Below, in pieces: positions 40,696 through 51,222 of a DNA stretch of 64,000 nucleotides; position 1 is the first letter of the stretch; each line of letters starts with the position of its first letter. This stretch comes from an uncultured delta proteobacterium (GTDB lineage Bacteria; Desulfobacterota; Desulfomonilia; Desulfomonilales; Desulfomonilaceae). The translations under genes were made by a program, and so were the position numbers. The stretch lies in assembly GCA_963789265.1 (NCBI GenBank), contig CAWBKB010000001.1, forward strand, positions 224,001 through 288,000, in the 5' to 3' direction. Under the pieces are notes generated by a model. It was not told where the DNA came from, searched no databases, and saw nothing but the letters and a program-made list of their open reading frames with translations.

Positions 40696-42530
40696 TTCGA
40701 GAAGGCGCAAGTAAGATGTTACGTCCCGCTTGCCTTGTGAAGACGGACCGACATTCCGGGAACAATCTCTTGTCAAACGCTCTTTCTGCAGAAAGATATG
40801 ATTCCGAAAGTGTCAACGATAAGCCGAAAGTAAAAAAAGATCGTCGGTTCGATTCAACGCACTTCACATTCCGTGACCGATGCAAACCTAACGGCATACG
40901 ACGTGCCTGTCTGATCTTCGCAACTATGTCGGTTGCTCTGATAAGTTTTTGCGCATACAAACGGACTTTGGCATACTTCTTCGCCGGGACCGACACATTC
41001 ACTCTCATTGAAACGGCCAGACTCACTTCGGCAAAAGATTTAATTAAGATTCTCTGCAACCCACTTATGGCAGGATCAGGTTTCGTTTCCCGGGCCTTGT
41101 TCTATAGGCCTGTCTCATCATTATCCTACAGTCTGGATTACTTTTTGTGGGGATTGAACCCCTTTGGTTACCATCTTACCAACCTGATCCTTCATGTCCT
41201 GGTAACCGCTCTGGTGTTAATTCTCGTCGTATCGCTGACCAACGGTGATGTGGTCAAGGCTTGGGCGTCAGCTCTCATTTTTTCCCTCCATCCGATTCTC
41301 ATTGAAAGCGTCCCGGCCCCGGACTGCAGACACGATCTTTTGGCAGCCTTCATCTTGGTCTCGGCTTTTATTCTATTTATTAGAGCTCGTGATGGCGGGG
41401 CATTCAGTAAGGTCGGATTCGGTTTGTCCGTTTTGTGTTACGGACTTGCCCTCGGTTCAAAAGAAATAGCCGTTGTGTTTCCATGTCTCACGTTCGCATA
41501 TATCTTGATATTTTCCGATCCTGGTTGCAAGAGATCAAGAAGAATTTGGGCGGCAACGAGACGAAGCGCCGTGTACCTGGGAGTGACACTCGTTTACATG
41601 GCTTGGAGAACCGTCATTCTGGGCGGACTGGGAGGGTATTCCACGGAGTCCGCTGGTTCCACCTTTTGCCACCGTGTGATGGATATTGTAGTCATGTATC
41701 TCAGAGATTTGGTATATCCGCAAGATTTCTTAAGCCTTTTCGGTACGATCTCCATGTCTTTGTTGATATTGTTGCTGACTTCTTTGGTCGCAGTCCACGG
41801 GTGGGATTTTCGGCAAAGTAGCGGAACGGACCAAGAATCCCATACCAAGCTGGCCCGATTCTTTTTGGTATGGCTCTGTTTGCCTATAGCGGTAATGGTG
41901 TTCACATTAACGTTCAGTCATCGAACCATGTATACTGCCGTCATTCCTTTCGCCGCCCTGCTGGGGTGCAATGTTGTAAGCGGCATTCGACACCACGCTA
42001 GTCTTTTAAAAGAAGTTCCCGGAAATCGTACCCTCGCAGGAATCCTCGGCTTGGTCAACATGACGGGATTGAGTTTTTCGGCCCTGGTGCTGAACGCCGC
42101 TTTGGTCGTATCGCTCCTCGCCTATTCTCCGTTGATACGGAGTTACAGTGAATGGGAAGCCAGCTCACAGATCGCTTCGTCACTATTCAAGAAATTGGCC
42201 GAAGTCATTCCCGCCCTGCCGCAAGACACCCTTATTGAGGTCCACAATCTACCTGCCGCTGTCCAGTCGTATCGAAGCGAGATTCCTCGGGCCAGAGAGG
42301 TCGGGTATTTGAATGGCTACAGCATAAAATCGTGGATCGATCTAAATTACCCGGGGAATCATATCCAAGTAAGCATTAACAGCAGACATTGCCCCCGTAG
42401 AACGCCCGAAGACATGCACCTGCTTGTTAAAGTGCTCGATAAAACAAACACAAGGCTTTCCGTATTGTTTGTCCATGATGCATCGGCTATGAGACCAAGA
42501 GCCGTGCAGTGGAGGTACGTAGCCAGATGA
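40692..42530 (+). CDS. GT-C fold membrane glycosyltransferase (TMTC/GT39-like)
   Basis: FYRPV..LSY..D..LWG.NP.GYHLTNL.LH, LHPI..ESV, SKE; multiple TM segments. Confidence 0.75.
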   Translation: MIREGASKMLRPACLVKTDRHSGNNLLSNALSAERYDSESVNDKPKVKKDRRFDSTHFTFRDRCKPNGIRRACLIFATMSVALISFCAYKRTLAYFFAGTDTFTLIETARLTSAKDLIKILCNPLMAGSGFVSRALFYRPVSSLSYSLDYFLWGLNPFGYHLTNLILHVLVTALVLILVVSLTNGDVVKAWASALIFSLHPILIESVPAPDCRHDLLAAFILVSAFILFIRARDGGAFSKVGFGLSVLCYGLALGSKEIAVVFPCLTFAYILIFSDPGCKRSRRIWAATRRSAVYLGVTLVYMAWRTVILGGLGGYSTESAGSTFCHRVMDIVVMYLRDLVYPQDFLSLFGTISMSLLILLLTSLVAVHGWDFRQSSGTDQESHTKLARFFLVWLCLPIAVMVFTLTFSHRTMYTAVIPFAALLGCNVVSGIRHHASLLKEVPGNRTLAGILGLVNMTGLSFSALVLNAALVVSLLAYSPLIRSYSEWEASSQIASSLFKKLAEVIPALPQDTLIEVHNLPAAVQSYRSEIPRAREVGYLNGYSIKSWIDLNYPGNHIQVSINSRHCPRRTPEDMHLLVKVLDKTNTRLSVLFVHDASAMRPRAVQWRYVAR

Positions 42531-43240
42531 GAAATGGGAATCGCGTAGCCGTCATAATTCCGGCACTTAATGAAGAGAAAGCCATTGGAAAGGTGATAGC
42601 GGCCATACCGGAATGGGTCGATGATGTGATCGTTGTAGACAATGGCTCGACCGACAAGACACCGGAAATCGCAATCGCGCAAGGAGCATGTGTAGCCTTC
42701 GAACCTCGCCGCGGGTACGGTTCTGCTTGCCTGACCGGAATCAGGTACCTCGAGAATCCGGATATAGTTCTTTTCGTAGACGGCGACTTCAGTGACGACC
42801 CCGGTGAGGCTGACTTGTTGGTCGACCCAATTATAGATGGGACAGCCGATATGGTCATAGGCTCTCGTTTGTTGGGAAATCGAGAGTGCGGGGCGCTCAC
42901 CCCACAAGCGATGTTCGGCGGCTGGCTGGCCTGCAAGCTCATGGCCTTATTTTGGGGAGCGCAGTTTACCGACCTGGGACCCTTTCGCGCGATAAGGTTC
43001 ACCGCTCTCCGAGATTTGGGCATGAGAGATCCGGATTACGGATGGACGGTGGAAATGCAGATCAAAGGGGTACTCGCAGGGCTCAACGTTCAAGAGGTTC
43101 CGGTCTCCTACAGGCGACGGATTGGAAAGTCAAAAATTTCTGGAACGATCAGAGGTGTTGTCGGGGCTGGGTTTAAGATTCTCGGCACGATCTTCCTCGC
43201 GGCCATGAGCGCCCGGAAGCAACCGGGACGAAGTAAGTGA
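42527..43240 (+). CDS. GT2 glycosyltransferase (polyprenyl-phosphate sugar synthase-like)
   Basis: IIPALNEE, VVDNGSTD, RGYGSAC, FVDGD, TDLGPFRAI, GWTVEMQ. Confidence 0.9.
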   Translation: MRNGNRVAVIIPALNEEKAIGKVIAAIPEWVDDVIVVDNGSTDKTPEIAIAQGACVAFEPRRGYGSACLTGIRYLENPDIVLFVDGDFSDDPGEADLLVDPIIDGTADMVIGSRLLGNRECGALTPQAMFGGWLACKLMALFWGAQFTDLGPFRAIRFTALRDLGMRDPDYGWTVEMQIKGVLAGLNVQEVPVSYRRRIGKSKISGTIRGVVGAGFKILGTIFLAAMSARKQPGRSK

Positions 43241-43310
43241 CGGCCCAACGGAGAGGCGTGGACCTTGCATTCCTCGGGCGCATACCGTTGTCTCGAATTC
43301 CGGCGTTAGC

Positions 43311-44786
43311 TTATGGACGCCCATAAGTTTCCGGACACAAAGTCTTCTCCGATTTCAGTAGTTGCCAAGATACTAGAGACACAAAAGGCAAGTACTCTGC
43401 CCAGACCACGAGGTTGTCGAAGGTCGATGGATGGCCCACCCCTCGATAATAGTACACCAAGTAATACAACGGCAAACAGCAATTGAGGACCAGAAGGGAA
43501 GGCATGGGGGAGATTGCCAGGAAAGGTACGGCCCACAAGAAATACCACGGGAAAGCGGTAGGGCTGAGAAGGAATACCGCTGCAACGATGAGGAGACAGT
43601 GCGTCCAAACTTGCTTGGAATCTGCTGATGTATTCCCGGACAACCACAAGATCCAGAATGCCACAGCCACAAGTACCACACCTCGAGTTGTTATTTGAGT
43701 TAGGGACGTGTCCAGTGAAAGGCCGGCAAGGACGTACTTCACCCCCCAGGATATTAGCCTGTACGCCGCATCGTTCATCTCCCAATATCTGCCGTATGCC
43801 ACGAATCCGGAACTGCTATCGATCCCTGATAGGTAGACGGGGAGGAAGAGAATGGCGGACGCAATCCCAAACACTCCCAATGAAAAGACAAACCTTCGAG
43901 GTGCCTTCAGTAGAGGCCACAGAATTACAGGAAGCAAAACCAGAGGCCACAGCTTGGAAGCCACAGCCAATGCCAAGGTAATCGCAGCCTCCACCTGCCT
44001 ACCCTTGAGAGCCAGGACTATCGCAGCCAATGCGAAGGGCAACGCAATCACATCGAGATGCATGGTGTTGAAGATTTCCCTTACAACGAGAGGATTCCAC
44101 CAATAGACGGCAGCCAAAACGCATGGCAAGCGTAGACTTCGGAGCACGATCAGAAGGATTACAAGAGTGGCTACATCGAAGATTGCCAGGACAGTCCGCA
44201 GTGCAAACTCATTCCAAGGTCGCAATAAATATGCAGCGGCAAAAGTTGCTTGAGCTACCGGCGGGTAGATAGTCCTCAATTTCGGAAAGCTGACCCTGCC
44301 TATCACGTCACCCGATTCCCGGGCCAATCGGACGAGCGTCCTCGGAACGGGTGCTGTGGCTTCGATCGCTTGCTTGGGTGAGAAATCGAACGGATTTATG
44401 CCGTGCGCGAGGACTGCTCCGTCCCAAAGGTACCGATAGTAGTCATATTCCAGCATCGGTGTTGAAACAAACATGATTCCTCGCATGAAAATACCCACGC
44501 ATACGAGCCAAGGCAGGACATCATCCTTGGCCGACCGCTTAAACACTCCTCTCCAAACTGCGAACAAGAACACAGCGCCTGCTGCGAATTCGATGGCCAC
44601 CATTGTCACAACAGGCTGTTCCGATAGAGATCGATCATACCCGAACTGAGTCGATAAGAATGCCAACGCTGCGTGGCAACCGATGAGTGTTAGACCGGTA
44701 ACGCCCCAGAATATTCGAGGAGACATCTCCATTGAAGAAAGATATCTCAGCATGGAAATTATTTGATGTCCCGATTTGTCGGTCAT
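43311..44786 (-). CDS. GT87/DUF2029-like GT-C membrane glycosyltransferase
   Basis: D.YRYLWDG....GINPF, TIYPP, YWWNPL, H.D, SPT..PWY. Confidence 0.8.
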   Translation of the reverse strand: MTDKSGHQIISMLRYLSSMEMSPRIFWGVTGLTLIGCHAALAFLSTQFGYDRSLSEQPVVTMVAIEFAAGAVFLFAVWRGVFKRSAKDDVLPWLVCVGIFMRGIMFVSTPMLEYDYYRYLWDGAVLAHGINPFDFSPKQAIEATAPVPRTLVRLARESGDVIGRVSFPKLRTIYPPVAQATFAAAYLLRPWNEFALRTVLAIFDVATLVILLIVLRSLRLPCVLAAVYWWNPLVVREIFNTMHLDVIALPFALAAIVLALKGRQVEAAITLALAVASKLWPLVLLPVILWPLLKAPRRFVFSLGVFGIASAILFLPVYLSGIDSSSGFVAYGRYWEMNDAAYRLISWGVKYVLAGLSLDTSLTQITTRGVVLVAVAFWILWLSGNTSADSKQVWTHCLLIVAAVFLLSPTAFPWYFLWAVPFLAISPMPSLLVLNCCLPLYYLVYYYRGVGHPSTFDNLVVWAEYLPFVSLVSWQLLKSEKTLCPETYGRP

Positions 44787-45023
44787 TGCAAGTAGACGCT
44801 CCGTGATTTCGAAGCGCACGCCCTCAGATTTTCTGACTCATATTATTCGAGTCACAACGGCATAAGAAGCAAAATCGTCCCCCAAGTCAAACCTCCAGGC
44901 CAAAGTCTCCTCCACATGTCTCGTAATGTATCAACGAATTAATCGGGTTCAGAAGTGCCTCACTGTTTCATGCAACCGTTGTCTCAGGCAGCTAATATCG
45001 GTTACAAGCAGATAAGAATTCTT

Positions 45024-45051
45024 GTGTAAGAATTTCCGCCCCCGGACGACT
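45024..45051 (+). promoter_or_regulatory. Putative ECF-sigma promoter, copy 2
   Basis: GTGTAAG-aATTTCcgcccccgGA-CGACT, 16-nt spacer as at 36365. Confidence 0.65.
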
Positions 45052-45148
45052 AACAGTAAAAAAATTGTCCCTGGGGCCAAAACCAGATAGATCCGGACGG
45101 CCTCGAAGGCAATGCTGGAAAAAAGTTTAGCGAAAGGGGAAGAAAACG

Positions 45149-45577
45149 ATGAAAATCCGCATGAACATGCTGGTATTTGTGGCTCTGGCTGCGGTTCTTG
45201 GCTTCGGCGCGGTTTCGTGGGTCGGAAGACAAAATCTTCCTTTCATGGCGGCCAAAGATAGTGCAAAGGCGACAGGTACCATCGATCTGAGTAATGATAA
45301 ACTGACGATCCAAGCTCATGGCCTGAAACCGAACTCTATTTACACAGTCTGGTTTGTGAACATGAAGCCTAAGAAAGAGCAGGCGGGGGCGGGCAAAGCT
45401 CCATTCATGTTCAAAACGGACTCGCAGGCCAAGGGTGCTTACAATGCGTCTCTTGCAAAGTCACCGATAGGCAAATGGAGTACGATAATGGTGGTGCGTC
45501 ATCCGAGCGGAGATCCAAAGTACATGAAATACATGGTCCCGGCTTTTTCGACCATGATCCCAAAATCCGGCAAATGA
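45149..45577 (+). CDS. Secreted/membrane-anchored hypothetical beta-rich protein
   Basis: Hydrophobic N-terminus, GLKPNSIYTVWFV; followed by the hairpin GGAGAGAGG-GGAT-CCTCTCTCC (45585-45606). Confidence 0.65.
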   Translation: MKIRMNMLVFVALAAVLGFGAVSWVGRQNLPFMAAKDSAKATGTIDLSNDKLTIQAHGLKPNSIYTVWFVNMKPKKEQAGAGKAPFMFKTDSQAKGAYNASLAKSPIGKWSTIMVVRHPSGDPKYMKYMVPAFSTMIPKSGK

Positions 45578-45707
45578 CACAGCAGGAGAGAGGGGATCCT
45601 CTCTCCGCCTCTTCTTCGCTAGCTTCTGTATTGTGACATTTACCCACTAGGTCTCAATGCTGCCGGCGAGACCTCAAGGTCTTGCGAGCTCCAAGAGCGC
45701 CCGGCTT

Positions 45708-46860
45708 TCAGCCGGCCAGTTGCCGTTGCCAACCTGCTATCCAACTTGGCATCCATTCCCCGACATCCACCGTCCCGGTTCCGAGTACGAAGTTCAGCGC
45801 CGGCTTCCAATAATCTTCAAGTGCCTGTTTCTTCATAAAAAGTCCAATATGGCCGCAATCGGGGATAGTGATCTTTAGTACCTCTCCGGAGACATACTGT
45901 GCCATATTGAATAGTTGCGGTTCCAGAGTAATGTCGTCGTTGGCTCCCACGATGAGTTACAACGGGGCAGGCAATGTTCTTGAGGGAAACATATTGGCCC
46001 AGGACTTTCAGCTTGCCTCGTACGAGTCTGTTTCGTTTGAACAATTCGTAGACGGCTTGCAAATACCAGGATCCGGCAACATCTTGAGTGTACTCGTACC
46101 AGGTCCGAAATCGGTGTGATCTTTCAACTATCTTGGGCTCGTTTATGTTCGTGAACAGTTTTAGGTAATCCCCGACGTACCGATCGTACACATTCATATT
46201 CTTAAATCCGGTCACAATGAATTTTCCCTTCATGACGCCAAGACCCATTTGCACCATAGACCAATAAAATTCCATAGGCAGACTCTGCACCATTTCTTGC
46301 AGCTTGCCGCCCCCGGCCGTGAAGTCGATAGGGGCTCCGCCGAGTATAAGCGATAAGACTTTGGCAGGGTAGAGAGACGCATATATGCTTGACAACCATC
46401 CTGCCTGACACAAGCCGATTATATGAACTTCGCCACCAATGAGGTTCACACAGTCTGAAACCTGGCGGACCAGGTCGTCGATTGTCTCGTCGCCTCTGGA
46501 AGGATCGGCACTTTTCCATTCCACTGCGTAAATCGTGCAACGGGAGTTGTGCTTGCACAACTCCACCAACGACTGTCCGGGCAAGGCAAAATCGGTTATG
46601 CAACTATGGTGCCCTGCCTGAGGGCCCAAAATCAGCAACGGAGGCCCAGATCTTTTCGGGGTGAATTGTCTTAACTTGATTGCCGCTGTCTCTAAAACCA
46701 CTATATTTTCGGACTGCCAGTCCGGCTTTTCAACTGAGAGCAGTTCTTGCCAGAATTTGAAGAGGCTCTGATAGAAACTCGCGTAATAGTTCAGCCACGA
46801 GAGCCCGAAGACGTCGCTCGAAGGTGAATATGAACTTGCATTTCCGTCACTTTCCATCAT
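45708..46860 (-). CDS. PHB depolymerase/PHA synthase-like alpha/beta hydrolase; frameshift near 45958
   Basis: PQAGHHS, nucleophile elbow GLCQAGW, GAPID, LFK.N.L, G..DDIT, GHIGLFM. Confidence 0.8.
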
Positions 46861-47609
46861 GGATCGCATCCTTTCCGCAAAGCTCCAACCTGCGTACGAA
46901 CTTCTCCGCCCGCAGTGAATTCCTTGAAGCCTCGAAAGAAGCCCCAGTGCTCGTGCATCAGGCAGTCTCGCCGATGCCGGACATGTGCCTTCCCGAATCA
47001 AATGGGAGGCGTCACGCTTAAGCCTGCATTTCAGAAAATCTTAGTATTAGAGGTAGGATTCTACCGTAGACCACCGAGATGTAACGGACTGCCCCGGCCC
47101 CCAGACGTCCGGTCACGCCCATTTCGCAATCATGGTCCCGGTATGCGGTAACAGTGCTCTCTCCAGCCGTTGGGTATTCATCGAGAAAGCAACCGAGTGC
47201 TTTGACCATCGTGAAGCACTGATTTACCTATAGGTCACGTCGTAAGGTCAGTCAATCTTTTTCTTGCACGTAGGACTTTTCCCAAAAAGAGGAGCACGGG
47301 TGTCGGATTTTAAACGTGACGGCGGGGTGTTGTGGTTTTCATGAAGTGAAAAATGGAGAAACTCCTGGTAAAGGATTGTTGACGGAGCGGCCTGGAGTGA
47401 GGTACTCTCGGAAACACGACAAAATAGGTTTCTTCATCAACGTGATAACGGTTTTGCCTTTTTGGTGTGTTATGTGGGGGGGACTGCCCGGGGCTTTTTC
47501 GGGGTCAGGGGAACCGTTCTGCGACGGGACTCCGGCCCGGGGGCACCAGAATTGGCAGGACCGCGGCGTAATTCCAGTTCTTGGCTATTCAAGAGCGGTG
47601 AAGGTGATT

Positions 47610-48500
47610 GTGAAGCTCGATACCGATTGGGCCGGCATTTCCCTCAGAGAATACCATACGGATGTCACCTGGCGCCGTACCATGAATTATGCAGCCGCAG
47701 TCGGTGACCACAATCCCTGGTATTTCGACGATGACCGCGAGGGAGGTATCATAGCTCCACCGATGTTCAGCGTTGCTGTGACGTGGCCTGTTTCGGAGAG
47801 GATCTGGGAATACATTCAGGCAGAAGACTTTCCAACAGAAATCCTTGCCACCCAAGTCCACTTAAAGGAGCAGCTTATCTTCCATCGACCACTGCGCCCG
47901 AGCGACAGACTGACGATCAAAGGGTCTATTGCGGAGATCTCACCTCATAAGGCAGGCACGTTGGTCGTGATACGATATCAGGCTGTGGACGAGAAAGAGC
48001 GGCCCGTGTTCACCGAATATATCGGTGGTCTCATGCGAGGGGTCGAATGTTGCGGCCAGCCGAAGAGAGCCGAACCTGCGCCTAGCGTGCCGTCACATGA
48101 CGGGACGGCTCATCCTCCTCTCTGGGACATCCCCATCTTCGTCGATCCGATGGCTCCTTTCGTATACGATGGGTGCTCCAACATTTTTTTTCCGATTCAC
48201 ACGTCCTTCGCCTTCGCCCGGAGTGTCGGGCTACCCGGAATCATTCTACAGGGGACAGCCACACTGGCCTACGCGATCCGGGAACTCGTCGATCGCGAAG
48301 CCGAATGCGATCCTCGGGCCTTGCGTTCTGTGGCATGTCGTTTCAGCGGGATGGTTCTGCCGGGATCCGAAATTCGTGTAACTCTCTTGGATCGCAGATT
48401 AGATGACACAGGCACGGATCTATTCTTCGCCGTCCTCAATGCCACCGGATCCCCGGCCATCAGCGACGGGTACGCGCGTCTCGGACCCGCTGAAGGCTGA
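47610..48500 (+). CDS. MaoC-like double hot-dog (R)-hydratase/dehydratase
   Basis: YAAAVGDHNP..FDD, APPMF, F.PIHTS..FA..VGLPGIILQGTAT, RFSGMVLPG. Confidence 0.8.
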   Translation: MKLDTDWAGISLREYHTDVTWRRTMNYAAAVGDHNPWYFDDDREGGIIAPPMFSVAVTWPVSERIWEYIQAEDFPTEILATQVHLKEQLIFHRPLRPSDRLTIKGSIAEISPHKAGTLVVIRYQAVDEKERPVFTEYIGGLMRGVECCGQPKRAEPAPSVPSHDGTAHPPLWDIPIFVDPMAPFVYDGCSNIFFPIHTSFAFARSVGLPGIILQGTATLAYAIRELVDREAECDPRALRSVACRFSGMVLPGSEIRVTLLDRRLDDTGTDLFFAVLNATGSPAISDGYARLGPAEG

Positions 48501-48546
48501 TCGAGACCGAGGGATCAGGCTTGGTTCGAAGTGATCTCCTGAGAAA

Positions 48547-50148
48547 ATGGAGGGAACAGTGAGCTGGGAAAGTCTGACTCAAACATGGCACTTTGTTGAG
48601 AAATGGGCGGAAGCCAAGCCTCAGGCCGAAGCAGTGGCGTTCGAGAACGATAGGCTTACCTGGGCTGATTTCAAGACCCACACGAATCTTATAGCCAAAG
48701 CATTTCTCGAAATAGGGGTCAAGAAAGGAGACCGAATTGCCATGCTGTCCATGGCGCGTACCGAGTTCTTGACTACCTTCATGGCAGCGGGAAAAGTGGG
48801 TGCTATCTGGCTGGGGTTGTCCCCTAAGTTCACCCTGGACGAGCTGCGATACTTGGTTGGGGATTGCGAGCCGGCGGTGTTCATCACGCTACGAGAATAT
48901 ATGGGCAACGATCTGGCCCCAATACTCAAAGCCCTGATGGAAGAGTTTACCTGTCTCAAGAAAGTACTTGTCATCGGCGTACCGTTTGAAGGAACCGAGC
49001 GGTTCTCGGAGTTTGTTAGCCGGGAGCGATCCGAAATGAACGCTGAGATGGAAGCGCGGGCCGCTGAAGTCGCGAACCGGGATCCAACGCTCCTACTCTA
49101 TACCTCCGGCTCAACGGGAAAACCCAAAGGAGTAGTGCACACACATTCGAGCCTTGTGGAAAACATCAAGGTCGAGGTGACAAAATTCTATTTGGGTGAA
49201 CAAACACGGGCGCTGCTTCATTTCCCCATCAATCATGTGGCGGCGGTCGTGGAGTTGGGTTTTGCCGTGGTCATGGCTGGAGGATTTCTCGTGTGCATGG
49301 ACAGGTTCGATCCGGCCGAATCGTTGAAAATGATTCAAAGGGAGAAGATTACGGTTCTCGGACAAGTGCCGGCAATGTATCTCCTCCAGTTCAAGGATCC
49401 TCAGTTTGCACAAACCGACCTGAGCACGATCCTGCATTTCCTGTGGGCGGGAGCGGCGGCTCCGAGGATAATGGTTGCTGTTCTGTCACAAATCTGTGCG
49501 AAGACAGGAGCCGCCATGATAACCGGGTACGGTAGGACCTGAGGTGTGCGGATTCGTGACTTACTCCGAGCAAGGTGACGATGTGGACAGGCTAATTCAT
49601 ACCGCAGGGAAGATTGCGAGCCCATTTGAACTGAAGATCGTAGATTCAGATAGCAAAGAACTTCCTGACGGAGAAGTGGGAGAAGTGGCAGTACGTGGGT
49701 CTTTTCTCATGAAAGGGTATTACAACAACCCCGAAGCTACGGCAAAGGTCATTGACGATGATGGATGGTACTACACTTCGGACTTGGCGTTCAGGGACTC
49801 CCACGGGTATATCCATTTGACCGGCCGAGCATCCGAAATGTACAAGAGTGGGGGCGAAAAATGTACCCCCGGGAAATAGAAGAGGTCATTGAATCTCACG
49901 GAAGCATCCTATATGCGGCTGTAATTTCGGTCCCGGACGAAGTGTTTCAAGAGGTGGGATGGGCATTTGCGATGCTCCAGCCCGGCAAGATGGTATCTGA
50001 AGAGGCTCTGCGCGAATTCTGCAAATCCAAGCTGACCAATTACAAGGTTCCGAAAAGATTCTTCGTACGGAACGTGCTGCCTTTACTTCCCACCGGTAAA
50101 GTCGACAAAGTGGCCCTACGAAACGAAGTCCCTGACGCAACTTTTTGA
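48547..50148 (+). CDS. Acyl-CoA synthetase (class I adenylate-forming); frameshifts near 49540 and 49860
   Basis: YTSGSTGKPKG, GYGxTE, KGYYNNPEAT, TSDLA, GRxxEMYKSGGE..YPREIE, LPTGKVDK. Confidence 0.85.
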
Positions 50149-50255
50149 TACAATTTCGCGTTCAGGAAACTGATCAACCCACATATTGGCCGGCAGGAAC
50201 GCCGGCCCTTGCCCGCGTCTCGCGGGATAGCGGCGAGCCTCCGTGCCCGCCGTAT

Positions 50256-50711
50256 TATACTGATTCGCTTTGAAGCAAGTGACACCGTGTTTCCGGTGGA
50301 ACGGTTTGGTAGGGGCGGGTTTGAAATCCGCCCTTACGTGTCGTTATGCCCGCGTTCGCGGGCATCAATTGTAGGGGCAGACCCATGTGTCCGCCCCTAC
50401 ATAGACCGGATCGGAATCCCATAGGCGTTAACTTAAGGCAATTTCGTTCCTTTTCAGGAGGTCCATGCAGGCCGAAGCCGATCAAAGTCCCCCTTTTCTA
50501 AAGGGGGATTTAGGGGGATTTTCAAGCAGTTATCCCAAAATCCCCCCTGGCCCCCCTTTACGAAAGGGGGGAACCCTGCGTTTCGCGGGGTTAAGTTAAC
50601 GCCTATGGGATCGGAATCCGGGGTGATCCCGCGGAACGCGGGACAGGCAGAATGCCGGCCCCACCATATCCAGTCTGGCATTGTTAGTCGTTTAGCGGCG
50701 CATTGGTACTA
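50256..50711 (-). mobile_element. MITE family A, copy 4, interrupted by a nested element
   Basis: Ends TATACTGATTCGCTTTGAAGCAAGTGACA (50256) and GCGCATTGGTAC (to 50709); internal GTAG REP hairpins. Confidence 0.75.
50420..50607. mobile_element. 188-bp IS4/IS231-like MITE with a 12-bp target-site duplication
   Basis: Perfect 17-bp TIR CATAGGCGTTAACTTAA / TTAAGTTAACGCCTATG, flanked by the direct repeat GGATCGGAATCC (50408-19 and 50608-19). Confidence 0.85.
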
Positions 50712-50820
50712 GATCGAGATCGGATTGGCGGTGTACACCACAAGTTATTGCGCTGGCGCTTGAACTTTCAAAGCGCCGGTCTGTCATACAGGACGGGAAG
50801 ATTTGTCCCGGAGGTTGAAA

Positions 50821-51072
50821 ATGAACGTTGACTTGACAATTATACTTGCGATTACAGTAGTGGTCATGTGTAGTTTCGGATATTTGGCAGACCTGATCTT
50901 TGAGGACTGGAAGGCGATGGGAAAGACAAAAGCCGATCCGTTGAGTAAACTGAACAAGAAAGGGCTCCTACATCGTCAAAAGCCCATCCCCGACTGCTTT
51001 GGAGCTTGTATGAAAAAGTATGCGTGGGACGTGGACGAAACGTCTCTGTGCGCTTCAAAGTGCAAAGCATGA
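50821..51072 (+). CDS. Small TM protein with a C-terminal twin CX3C motif
   Basis: GGAGG RBS, hydrophobic N-terminus, CFGAC-X13-CASKC. Confidence 0.6.
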   Translation: MNVDLTIILAITVVVMCSFGYLADLIFEDWKAMGKTKADPLSKLNKKGLLHRQKPIPDCFGACMKKYAWDVDETSLCASKCKA

Positions 51073-51222
51073 TCTCTTCGGAGGATTATGTGGGGCTCTG
51101 CACGCACCTGGTGCTTGAAATTCGCAGAGTCCGCAGAATTACCCACTGTGGGAGTTTTTTTGACCTGACGGGATCCGGGTGCTAGCGCATGTTCCCGGAT
51201 CCACGTGCTTTTGGCGATCGTT

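Noticed and set aside
44834..44854. Palindrome TGACTC-N9-GAGTCA upstream of the GT87-like gene
   Set aside because: Single copy with short arms; it cannot be assigned to a regulator from this window.
49540..49542. TGA in the acyl-CoA synthetase (GYGRT*) as a fifth selenocysteine
   Set aside because: The conserved GYGxTE motif continues in a different frame (GAG GTG TGC). It is a +1 indel, not an in-frame Cys position.
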